IMG/VR virus record: IMGVR_UViG_3300032307_000705
Coordinates: 1 to 64,000 of that record
Direction: 5' to 3' (one strand)
Source of the DNA: a virus
DNA length: 64,000 nucleotides
The notes beneath the pieces were generated by a model. That model ran no database searches. It saw only the letters and a list, made by a program, of their open reading frames with translations, and was not told where the DNA came from. Of this stretch, positions 47,930 through 56,402 are shown one piece after another (the stretch's first letter is position 1; every line of letters starts with the position of its first letter). The position numbers and the translations under genes were made by a program.

Positions 47930-49363
47930 ATGAGAATCAACATAGACAAATTAGTTTCCAAAATATTGAACGAGGAAATTGAAAATAAAGCAAAACAAAT
48001 TTCTGAACAGTTAGAAGAAGGAGAGTGGACTGAAATTGAAGTTGACGAACAACTTAAAGGTGGTCAAAAAAAGATTGATGTCGCCGAACCAAAAGGTAAA
48101 ATCACAGCAGCAGACTTCAAAAAACTTAGAGATAATAAAACGAATAAAAAAGAAGTTGACGAGTTTTACTTTGAGTTTGATGGGGATGATTCTGAAGATG
48201 AAGAAATGGAAATGGGTAGAGATAAATTTCATGTGACTCGTAAACCAAAAATGATGGGTTCATTTGATGATGATCACGGATTTTATGACGAAGACGAAAG
48301 ACGATATACTGGAGATTTTGACTTTGACTATGATGAAGAAGAGTTTGACGATTTCGATTCATTTGATTCTAAGTATGGAGGGAAACAAAGATTATTCGCG
48401 CCAGGTAAAGAGGGTAAAAAATTCTTCGACATGTATAAAGAAAGGTTCGGTAAACCATTTAGAGTTAGAACTCCAAGAGACATGGGAGAAGCTGAGACTG
48501 AAGAAGGAAATGCATTTAGTGGAGCATTAGCAGACGCGAAGAAATCTGGTAAAGATTCATTTGAAGTTGATGGAAAAACATACAATGTTAAGGAAAATAG
48601 AAAATCTTCTTTGAAATTGACTGAAGATGAATTGATTGACCTAATCGAACAAATCGTGTTGGAGCAATCAGTAAAAGATAAAGACGAAAAATCAAATATT
48701 TCTAACAAGAGTCCTGAAGGTTTGAAAAAAACTGATAAGGTGTTGGGTCTTAATAAGAAAGAAAATGATGATTATGCTAAAGAGGTTGTCAAGAAGATGA
48801 CAGATTATATGAAGGATATGGTTTCAGGTGGTAAAGGATATGATGAAAATCCTGACGACTTCCCTCAAAGTAATTATGACATGGAAAAAGACCATAAAGA
48901 AAAGAAATACCATCCGTCTGATGCTGTTGAAGAATATATTGAAGCCTTTGCTTATCCTGGTATGACTAATTTGGTTTATGACGAAATCAAACCTGATGAT
49001 GAAATGATTGAAAAACAAATCAAGGGAGATTCTAAAAATGGAAATGCGGTTACTGGTAAAGATGGTAAAGCATTAGGTAATGTTTCAAAAAGAAGTGAAA
49101 AAGTTGGAGAGAGATTCAAAAAGAATTTTGACGAAAACTTGTACGGAGCGGAACAAATGAACGTATCATATAAAAGACAACCACAACCTGTAGATATCGC
49201 TGGTGAAAAGAAAGAATCAGGTGGATTGAAGAAAGGTTCTACCGCAAAGGCTCAGAAAATAATGAACCAACTTGAGTCAAAAGAAGATAAGAAGTCTAAA
49301 GTTATTTCTGAAGAGATGGAAAAGATGAAAAATCTTATCGGATACAACAGAAAAACACAATAA
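47930..49363 (+). CDS. highly charged putative head-internal protein
   Basis: ILNEE, ISEQ, LTEDELI.LIE.IV.EQ, ISEEM.KMK.LI.Y motifs; D/E/K-rich. Confidence 0.6.
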   Translation: MRINIDKLVSKILNEEIENKAKQISEQLEEGEWTEIEVDEQLKGGQKKIDVAEPKGKITAADFKKLRDNKTNKKEVDEFYFEFDGDDSEDEEMEMGRDKFHVTRKPKMMGSFDDDHGFYDEDERRYTGDFDFDYDEEEFDDFDSFDSKYGGKQRLFAPGKEGKKFFDMYKERFGKPFRVRTPRDMGEAETEEGNAFSGALADAKKSGKDSFEVDGKTYNVKENRKSSLKLTEDELIDLIEQIVLEQSVKDKDEKSNISNKSPEGLKKTDKVLGLNKKENDDYAKEVVKKMTDYMKDMVSGGKGYDENPDDFPQSNYDMEKDHKEKKYHPSDAVEEYIEAFAYPGMTNLVYDEIKPDDEMIEKQIKGDSKNGNAVTGKDGKALGNVSKRSEKVGERFKKNFDENLYGAEQMNVSYKRQPQPVDIAGEKKESGGLKKGSTAKAQKIMNQLESKEDKKSKVISEEMEKMKNLIGYNRKTQ

Positions 49364-49402
49364 AAATTCACATTTATTTTATTTATATTATATTCTCCAT
49401 AG

Positions 49403-49879
49403 ATGAACTCTATGGAGAATTTTTTTAATTGGATAGCCAAACCAGTTCCCAATGACGAAGTGGTCATTTGGTTTAACGTGCACAATATGATTTATGAAAA
49501 AATTGAATTATATGGTGATATATTCAAATCATTGAACTATGTGATTACTGATACCTATATGGGTGATTCAAATGGCAACGCAATTGAAACTAAAATAGTT
49601 TTATCTCAAGATGATAAAAAATCTCATTTTGACTGGTGCTGGGAGAAAATGATTGAAAATTTCAAGAAAGAAAATATAGTAATTACTTTGAATGGAGAAC
49701 ATAAAGACTATTTGAAATCATTTTACATGGATACGTTTTATAACCAAAGTGAAAAAAAAGTTAAAGACTCCGTTCCAATATTTCTAAACGATATATTCAA
49801 TATGTCAAAACCATTTAGCAAGTCAGATTTAGATATGCTCACGGAGATTTACAAAATGATGGAAAAAAATGTTAAGTAG
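49403..49879 (+). CDS. hypothetical protein
   Basis: 158-aa ORF; DTYMG, HF.WCW. Confidence 0.65.
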   Translation: MNSMENFFNWIAKPVPNDEVVIWFNVHNMIYEKIELYGDIFKSLNYVITDTYMGDSNGNAIETKIVLSQDDKKSHFDWCWEKMIENFKKENIVITLNGEHKDYLKSFYMDTFYNQSEKKVKDSVPIFLNDIFNMSKPFSKSDLDMLTEIYKMMEKNVK

Positions 49880-49959
49880 AAAAAAACCATACTCTATTTA
49901 CACAGGGACAAATAAAGTTATTTTTATCACATAAACAATAAACATTAATTAGATTAGAA

Positions 49960-50142
49960 ATGGAAACATTAGAACAAATTAAAGAACTTACTGAACTATT
50001 GTCAGTTGATGCTGCTAAATTCTATAAAGGTAATAAAAGTGCGGGTACCCGTGCAAGAAAATCTGCACAAGAACTAAAAGCGTTACTTCAACAATTCAGA
50101 ACTGAAGTTCTTGAACACAGCAAAACTGAAAAGAATGCATAA
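49960..50142 (+). CDS. histone H1-like protein Hc1 (Bacteroidota type)
   Basis: D..KF.KGNKSAGTRARK...EL..L...FR signature. Confidence 0.8.
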   Translation: METLEQIKELTELLSVDAAKFYKGNKSAGTRARKSAQELKALLQQFRTEVLEHSKTEKNA

Positions 50143-50323
50143 CATTAATACAATATATTTTTTTATATTTGTGTTTACAATATTAGTGTCATTACGGCAC
50201 GTGTTGAAATTTATAAGAGCCCTGTTAGCTAAAGAGCCAAAACCTTTGGTTTATTCTAACAGGGAACTTATAACCTTAGGATTATCAATAAGTTACATCA
50301 TCACCTACATATATCTATCATGA
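50135..50323 (+). CDS. small 2-TM membrane protein
   Basis: Two hydrophobic segments. Confidence 0.55.
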   Translation: MHNINTIYFFIFVFTILVSLRHVLKFIRALLAKEPKPLVYSNRELITLGLSISYIITYIYLS

Positions 50324-50790
50324 GTTTTTATAAAGAATTATTGCCATTTGTTGAGTATCTACACTCAATTAGAAAACTAAAAACTTACTTAAGTTTTGAC
50401 ATGGTTTTTCCTACTAAATGGTCTTTACCTAAAAGTATTGTTGAAGAAGGCCAGATCGTCGGATTTGAGGCAGAAAATCAAAACCTGAAAGGGATTTCAT
50501 TTGTTTCTCCTATAGATGATTCTGAAGTCTCTAAGACTATGATAAAAATATCTAAGGTTATTAAGTTGAACAAAGAAAAAGAATTAAAAGAAAGACTATT
50601 CAAAGAAACTGTTGAACGATTGAAATCCACATTTGAAAAAACTGATTTAGATAAACTCCAAAATTTATATTTTGACTTCGATGATGGTGATACACCAGAA
50701 TTAGATGTTGAATTGGATGATGACGATAATGATTCTGACTATGAGCAAGACGAACAGGGACCAGTCGATACTGAATTGGTTGGAAAGTGA
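50320..50790 (+). CDS. hypothetical protein
   Basis: ATGA-coupled ORF with an acidic tail. Confidence 0.6.
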   Translation: MSFYKELLPFVEYLHSIRKLKTYLSFDMVFPTKWSLPKSIVEEGQIVGFEAENQNLKGISFVSPIDDSEVSKTMIKISKVIKLNKEKELKERLFKETVERLKSTFEKTDLDKLQNLYFDFDDGDTPELDVELDDDDNDSDYEQDEQGPVDTELVGK

Positions 50791-50935
50791 AAAATTAAAA
50801 GATACCAAAGATATTGAGAATACTAAAAGAAAATATATTGAGGAGATTCGAGGTATCAAGAAAGAAGAATTGTTTAGAGTACCTAAAAAACTAACATTAT
50901 GGCAGAAAATAAAGATAATAATTTTGGGGAGTTAG
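50741..50935 (+). CDS. small hypothetical protein
   Basis: Fills the gap; C-terminal KLTLWQKIK..I; start uncertain. Confidence 0.45.
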   Translation: MSKTNRDQSILNWLESEKLKDTKDIENTKRKYIEEIRGIKKEELFRVPKKLTLWQKIKIIILGS

Positions 50936-51129
50936 AAAAGTTGGCGTTAATTGCTGAGTCCTGTCAGACTATTTTTAGTGGCAAGGCGACCGTTGTGTTT
51001 GAGTTACCAAAGGGAGAATATACCAGCGTTATTAATCATTTTAGAGAGGTTGACAGACATCACAAACAATTTTCTATTGATATTTCAGGTACGGAATTTC
51101 ATTTCATTTTGACTGAGGTAGAGTCGTAA
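50899..51129 (+). CDS. small hypothetical protein
   Basis: 76-aa ORF. Confidence 0.55.
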   Translation: MAENKDNNFGELEKLALIAESCQTIFSGKATVVFELPKGEYTSVINHFREVDRHHKQFSIDISGTEFHFILTEVES

Positions 51130-51748
51130 ATTTCCGATATAATATTTTTTTATCGATACCTGCAGATTCCAATAATGTGTATAATGATTTCCTTTGTGCT
51201 GTGGAATAATCTTTTACAAACAAACAATCTCCTCTTTTGATTTTGAAAAAGTGCGAGGAAAGATTATCAACAAATCTTGAAGATTCACTTTCTGACTTTA
51301 ATGTAAAGATGTGAATCTTTTCATCTTCCTGAAGTACAATTTTATTGTTAAGGACTGAAATCATTTTCAAACCATCTCCCTTCAAATATTTTTTAATAAA
51401 GGATTGTGTTGTTATTTTTTTCTGTTCCTTGATGTCGTAAATGGTTTCTTCTTTTTTGTAAGGGTTAATCTTAAATAAAGTCATACCATCCTCATCTAAT
51501 TTCACTTTGATATTCCTTCCATACTCGTCAGTCATGTAAACTGGTATTAATTGTTTTGAACTCATTTCAACAATTCCAACTTCATACCTACATTCAGATC
51601 CACCTTCAACTTTAACTTCGAATAATACTTCATTTGATTCTTCGATTAATTTGTCATAAAATTGTTTTGCGCGGGAGAATGTTATAAACTTCTTTATAAT
51701 TTTTTTCTTTTTTTTATTCTTGAATAAGACTACCACGTAGTTCTCCAT
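51104..51748 (-). CDS. hypothetical protein
   Basis: Long minus-strand ORF; first ATG (MENYVV) at 51748. Confidence 0.6.
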   Translation of the reverse strand: MENYVVVLFKNKKKKKIIKKFITFSRAKQFYDKLIEESNEVLFEVKVEGGSECRYEVGIVEMSSKQLIPVYMTDEYGRNIKVKLDEDGMTLFKINPYKKEETIYDIKEQKKITTQSFIKKYLKGDGLKMISVLNNKIVLQEDEKIHIFTLKSESESSRFVDNLSSHFFKIKRGDCLFVKDYSTAQRKSLYTLLESAGIDKKILYRKFTTLPQSK

Positions 51749-51750
51749 AT

Positions 51751-52668
51751 ATGAAAGATTACTATAAAATATTAGAAGTTGAAGAGAAAGCCTCTCAGGA
51801 TGAAATAAAAAAGTCTTATCGAAGACTTGCAGCACAATACCATCCAGATAGAAACCCTCAAGGTGAAGAAAAGTTCAAAGAAATTGCCGAGGCATATGAA
51901 ACTTTAGGTAATCCTGATAAAAGGACTGAATACGACAATCGAGGAAACAATCCATTTCAAGGTACCGCTTACGAACAAATGTTTTCACAAATGTTTGGTG
52001 GAGGAGGATTTCAACAACCAAAACGAAAGAGCGCTCCTGATAAGATTGTACGAGTACAAATCAATCCTATTGAATCATATAAGGGTGAGGAGAAGACTAT
52101 CCAATACATGAAGGATACTCATTGTAATGTATGTAGTGGCGCTGGTGGAGAACAACAAAAGTGTGTATCTTGTAATGGACAAGGGTTCTTTATGAAATCT
52201 TTTGGTACTGGATTTATGACTCAACAAGTTAGATCTGCTTGTCCAACTTGTGGAGGTAGGGGATATACTTTGGTTCACAAATGTTATGGGTGTGATGGTA
52301 GAGGTACCAAACAAAACGCTGCAGACTTAAGGTTTATGATACCTAAAGGAGTTGACAGTGGACAGTACTTGAAAATAGAAAGGGCTGGAGATTTTAAGAA
52401 TGGAGAGTATGGTGATTTGGTAATTCAAATTGAGGTTGTACCTAAAGACGGTTTTGAGAAATTCAACAACGACTTAATTTATAACTTATTTTTGAACTTG
52501 GAAGATTTGAAAAAGGATAAATACAATATCCCACATCCTGATGGTGAGTTAAGAATTGACTCACCAAAGATATTTGATACTTCCAAACCTCTGAGATTGA
52601 GAGGTAAGGGTTATAATGGTGGGGATATGTATTTGAAATTGAACGTAAAGTTCGAGAGGACTAATTAA
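51751..52668 (+). CDS. dnaJ: DnaJ chaperone
   Basis: DYY.IL, HPD, four CxxCxGxG repeats, C-terminal domain. Confidence 0.92.
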   Translation: MKDYYKILEVEEKASQDEIKKSYRRLAAQYHPDRNPQGEEKFKEIAEAYETLGNPDKRTEYDNRGNNPFQGTAYEQMFSQMFGGGGFQQPKRKSAPDKIVRVQINPIESYKGEEKTIQYMKDTHCNVCSGAGGEQQKCVSCNGQGFFMKSFGTGFMTQQVRSACPTCGGRGYTLVHKCYGCDGRGTKQNAADLRFMIPKGVDSGQYLKIERAGDFKNGEYGDLVIQIEVVPKDGFEKFNNDLIYNLFLNLEDLKKDKYNIPHPDGELRIDSPKIFDTSKPLRLRGKGYNGGDMYLKLNVKFERTN

Positions 52669-52801
52669 TTAATCCAATTAGTAATTCAAATATTTTTACT
52701 GTTCCGTAAATTGATGAACCTAACAGATAGAAACCTGCGGCTATTGTAAAATATTGAGTTTTACTTGTTGGTTTTTGATTACATTTTTTACATTCTGCCA
52801 T
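52661..52801 (-). CDS. 46-aa CxxC + TM micro-protein
   Basis: Translated by hand: MAECKKCNQKPTSKTQYFTIAAGFYLLGSSIYGTVKIFELLIGLIN. Confidence 0.5.
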   Translation of the reverse strand: MAECKKCNQKPTSKTQYFTIAAGFYLLGSSIYGTVKIFELLIGLIN

Positions 52802-52811
52802 AATTATAAGT

Positions 52812-52985
52812 ATGTTAAGTGAACAAATTCGTAGAATCCTTTATATGTACCTTGACGAGAAGGAACAAGGAAAATATAAAAAACCTCGCAAATATAGTAA
52901 ATCGTATTGTGAATCTACACCATGTGATGAAATGGGATTCACACAGAAAGCATCTTGTCGCCCATACAAAAATTGTTATAAGTAA
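52812..52985 (+). CDS. 57-aa Cys-rich micro-protein
   Basis: Translated by hand: MLSEQIRRILYMYLDEKEQGKYKKPRKYSKSYCESTPCDEMGFTQKASCRPYKNCYK. Confidence 0.55.
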   Translation: MLSEQIRRILYMYLDEKEQGKYKKPRKYSKSYCESTPCDEMGFTQKASCRPYKNCYK

Positions 52986-53020
52986 TTGCCTTTGTTGAAT
53001 TTTTTTATTATCATTGTGTC

Positions 53021-53860
53021 ATGATAAGTTATATTGGAGGTAAATCAAAAATAGGTAAGTGGATAGTACCATTTTATCCAACAGACATGGAAACATACGT
53101 AGAACCTTTTTCAGGTATGTTCTGGTGTTTTTTTAATATGGACTTGGAGAAGTATCCAAACCTGAAGAAAGTCGTTTACAATGACTTTAATCCACTAAAT
53201 TACAATCTATTTCAGTGTGTTCAAAATCCATCAGAACTTCAACGTGTGATGGATGAAATTGAAGTACAACAAGTTGGGGTAATCGATACCTCAATCGAAC
53301 TTAAAGAAAAGTTTAATACGTTCCAATCTGAAATTTTTGGAGAGGGGTTCAAAGTTGGGAACTGTGATTATCTAACTGCTGCTAAGTACGTTTATGTATT
53401 GTCTCAAGTCTTCAGTGGTAGTAAACCTGAAATATCTAATTTCATTGATTTGAAAGGTAAGTATAGATCGAAATATCTTGCGTTCAGGGACAAACTTAGT
53501 AAACCAAATTGGGTCGACCATTTCCTTAAAATTACTGACGTGGAGAATTTAGACTTCCAAGATGTAATTGAGAAATATGATTCTCCATCCACTTATTTTT
53601 ATGTTGACCCACCTTATTGGAAAACTGAAAACTATTACAGTAACCATGATTTTGATAGGGATGACCATGAAAGATTGGCGATTGCGTTGAATAATATACA
53701 AGGTAAGTTCAGTTTATCCTACTACGATTTTGAACTATTACACGATTGGTTTCCTGAAACCAAAAATCGATGGGAGAAAAAAGAATTTGCAAAGGCGGCG
53801 GCAGCGAAAAAAGGTACAAAACAAAATATGGGAGAAGAGCTGTTAATATTGAATTATTAA
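53021..53860 (+). CDS. dam: DNA adenine methyltransferase (D12/Dam family)
   Basis: YIGGK, YVEPFSG, ND, YVDPPY. Confidence 0.88.
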   Translation: MISYIGGKSKIGKWIVPFYPTDMETYVEPFSGMFWCFFNMDLEKYPNLKKVVYNDFNPLNYNLFQCVQNPSELQRVMDEIEVQQVGVIDTSIELKEKFNTFQSEIFGEGFKVGNCDYLTAAKYVYVLSQVFSGSKPEISNFIDLKGKYRSKYLAFRDKLSKPNWVDHFLKITDVENLDFQDVIEKYDSPSTYFYVDPPYWKTENYYSNHDFDRDDHERLAIALNNIQGKFSLSYYDFELLHDWFPETKNRWEKKEFAKAAAAKKGTKQNMGEELLILNY

Positions 53861-53880
53861 TTATTTTTGTAATAACAATA

Positions 53881-53888
53881 TATTTATT
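53881..53888 (+). promoter_or_regulatory. putative late promoter TATTTATT
   Basis: Recurrent motif before 53905. Confidence 0.5.
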
Positions 53889-53904
53889 AATAAATTAAAG
53901 TTAA

Positions 53905-55245
53905 ATGAAATTTACTTCGTTATTAAAGTCAATCATAGTTGAACAGTCAAGATTTGAGGTTTTGATGAACGCTTTAACTAAATCTGGTAAGGACAAAGAG
54001 GGCAATAAGTTAAGACCTAAACTTTCAAAGAAAGAGTTTGTTGATTTGGTATTGGCAGACCCAACAACTAGATTAAACAATGTGGACATAGAAACCGCAA
54101 CTCCTGAGGAATTGGGTAAAATTAAAGCGGGAAGTTATGTTCCATGGTTGGTGAAACATTATTTGATACCAAAAACTGAGACAAGTCCTGGTGACTATAC
54201 CTATGAAAAAGATGTAAAACGGGCGAAGGATGTTTTCATGGAAGACCTTTACAAGGTTACTGATGACCTTAAAAAGTTTGATAGATTCAAAGGACGACTT
54301 CCTAAAGAAATGAGAGACATCAACAAGTTAACACCAGATCAACTTTATGATGCGGTTAAAGATTTTGATTTAACATTAGCGACTACAACAAAGGCAGAAA
54401 GAAAGTCTGCACCTGTTCATCCAGGAGCAAAGTTAGTTTATGACGGGGAAAATTGGAGGGTTGTTGAAATTGAGGACAAAGGACAAGTAGGTAAGGAGGC
54501 GGCTTGTTTCTATGGTGGAAACAACCAAGAAACGAGATGGTGTACTTCAGCACCAGGGGCTAGTTGGTTCGACAGATACATAAAAGACGGACCGTTATAT
54601 GTTATTTTCAATCCTAATGATACTGATGTCAGTCCAATGACAGGTCTTCCTAAAGAAAGATATCAATTCCATTTCCAATCTAATCAATTCATGGATAAGG
54701 ATGACAGACAACAAGATTTAGTTCAATTATTGAATGGGTCTATGTCTGAGTTGAAACCTTTCTTCAAACCTGAATTTGCAAAAAATATTGTACTCGGAGG
54801 TAAAGAATTGAAAATTGAGAGTTTAACTTCAGGTTCTGTTGGTAAATTCATTGCATTATATGGTTTAGAGGATTTGATGGACAGTTTACCTAAATCTTTG
54901 GAAAGAATTCTAATTCAAAACAGAGACAGTAAAGACCCAATACATGTGGAATTACCTGAAGATATCGGCAAGCTTCAAAACTTGACGAATATTCTTACAG
55001 ACAATATTACATTCTCAAAAATACCTGATTCAATATGTAATCTTAAAAATTTGAATTTTTTAGCGATTACTAGAAATCCTGAATTAACAACAATACCTGA
55101 TTGTGTTGCTGATTTACCGAATCTTATGTTTTTGAATCTAAAAGGATCTGACAACGCAAGAATACCTAAGAAAATAGAAGAAAAAGGTGATCCAATAGGC
55201 CCTAACATGTGGGATTTGGAATTAATGGACAAAAGTGAAGATTAG
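53905..55245 (+). CDS. YG..TRWC-domain protein with C-terminal leucine-rich repeats
   Basis: AACFYGG...TRWCTS, YQFHF...FMD..D; LPEDIGKLQNL, IPDSICNLKNL..L, IPDCVADLPNL..LNL. Confidence 0.75.
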   Translation: MKFTSLLKSIIVEQSRFEVLMNALTKSGKDKEGNKLRPKLSKKEFVDLVLADPTTRLNNVDIETATPEELGKIKAGSYVPWLVKHYLIPKTETSPGDYTYEKDVKRAKDVFMEDLYKVTDDLKKFDRFKGRLPKEMRDINKLTPDQLYDAVKDFDLTLATTTKAERKSAPVHPGAKLVYDGENWRVVEIEDKGQVGKEAACFYGGNNQETRWCTSAPGASWFDRYIKDGPLYVIFNPNDTDVSPMTGLPKERYQFHFQSNQFMDKDDRQQDLVQLLNGSMSELKPFFKPEFAKNIVLGGKELKIESLTSGSVGKFIALYGLEDLMDSLPKSLERILIQNRDSKDPIHVELPEDIGKLQNLTNILTDNITFSKIPDSICNLKNLNFLAITRNPELTTIPDCVADLPNLMFLNLKGSDNARIPKKIEEKGDPIGPNMWDLELMDKSED

Positions 55246-55271
55246 TATTTCGTAAATTAATTTTAATTGAT

Positions 55272-55553
55272 ATGGTTGATGTTGAAATATACATGAATAA
55301 CATCATTAAGTTTTTTAGGGAAAATCCTACTGACTTATTGAATCTGGTCCCCAAAGACAAGGAAGAATACTTTTACACAAAAATCAAAAAAGTGGCGATT
55401 GAAAATTATGAGAAGGGTGAGGACGTAAGCCTCACCCAATCTCAATTAATTGATGTCTGCTCCGAAATTAATCAACCTGATAAACAGGTAGTTGAGGAAA
55501 TTTCAAAAAATTTTATTCAAAAAACGAAATTTGGTTATCTTTTTTTGAATTGA
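55272..55553 (+). CDS. hypothetical protein
   Basis: 93-aa ORF. Confidence 0.6.
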   Translation: MVDVEIYMNNIIKFFRENPTDLLNLVPKDKEEYFYTKIKKVAIENYEKGEDVSLTQSQLIDVCSEINQPDKQVVEEISKNFIQKTKFGYLFLN

Positions 55554-55578
55554 GTTTGGCGAATTAAATTTCTTATCA

Positions 55579-55586
55579 TATCTTTG
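55579..55586 (+). promoter_or_regulatory. Bacteroidota promoter: TTTG (55555) - 20 nt - TATCTTTG
   Basis: Full -33/-7 consensus upstream of 55606. Confidence 0.7.
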
Positions 55587-55605
55587 AATTCTAAATCAAT
55601 AAGAC

Positions 55606-56355
55606 ATGATAACGACAGACTACCTCAAGAGAATCGCTCCCTCAGTGTTCACCACCTCTCCATCTCCAAAAATGTCGAACAAGTACACTTTTGTACCGAC
55701 TTTGGATATTCTCGAAAACTTTGAGAATGAAGGATGGAAAGTATTCTCCGCTAAACAAAATGGTAGAGGAGATTACAATCAACATGAGTTAAGACTACGT
55801 AATGTGGAATTTCCACAGGTAGGAGATTCTTTGGTAGAGGCGATTATTAGAAACTCCCACAACGGAATGAGTACGTTCTCAGTAAGTGCTGGTCTTCATC
55901 GATTAGTTTGTTCCAATGGTTTAACAGTACCAACATCCCTTTCGGATAAAATTTCTGTTAAACACATGAAGTTTGACATGGGGACAGTGAGACAAATCAC
56001 AGACCAATTTGCGGAAAGACTGCCAGTAATCCAAAGGTCTGTAGGTAAGATGGAGACCACATTCTTGGATGAAGAAAAAGTGGTTGACTTTGTCACCAAA
56101 GCCACCTCAATCCGTTGGGAAAGTGGGTCAATCCCTAAAATCAAATTTGAGGACTTCCTTCGTCCTATCAGACATGAGGATTCAGGAAGTTCAGTTTGGA
56201 CTACGTTCAACGTAATTCAAGAGAAGTTTGTTCGAGGGGGTTTGAGATACCAATCCGAAAAAGGAAGATTCACTTCGATGAAAGAATTGAAAAACTTCCA
56301 ATCCATCAACAAGATTAATACTAATCTTTGGGAGTTGGCTGAGTCTTATTGTTAA
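55606..56355 (+). CDS. DUF932/DUF945 family protein
   Basis: APSVF..S.KY.FVPT, NSHNG.S.F...AGL.RLVCSNGL, R.ED...W..FN.IQE. Confidence 0.85.
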   Translation: MITTDYLKRIAPSVFTTSPSPKMSNKYTFVPTLDILENFENEGWKVFSAKQNGRGDYNQHELRLRNVEFPQVGDSLVEAIIRNSHNGMSTFSVSAGLHRLVCSNGLTVPTSLSDKISVKHMKFDMGTVRQITDQFAERLPVIQRSVGKMETTFLDEEKVVDFVTKATSIRWESGSIPKIKFEDFLRPIRHEDSGSSVWTTFNVIQEKFVRGGLRYQSEKGRFTSMKELKNFQSINKINTNLWELAESYC

Positions 56356-56357
56356 TT

Positions 56358-56388
56358 AAATGGGGGGTTTATATCCCCCATTTTTTTT
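56358..56388 (+). terminator. intrinsic terminator
   Basis: AAATGGGGG...CCCCCATTT hairpin followed by a T run. Confidence 0.85.
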
Positions 56389-56402
56389 ATTATAATTAAA
56401 AT

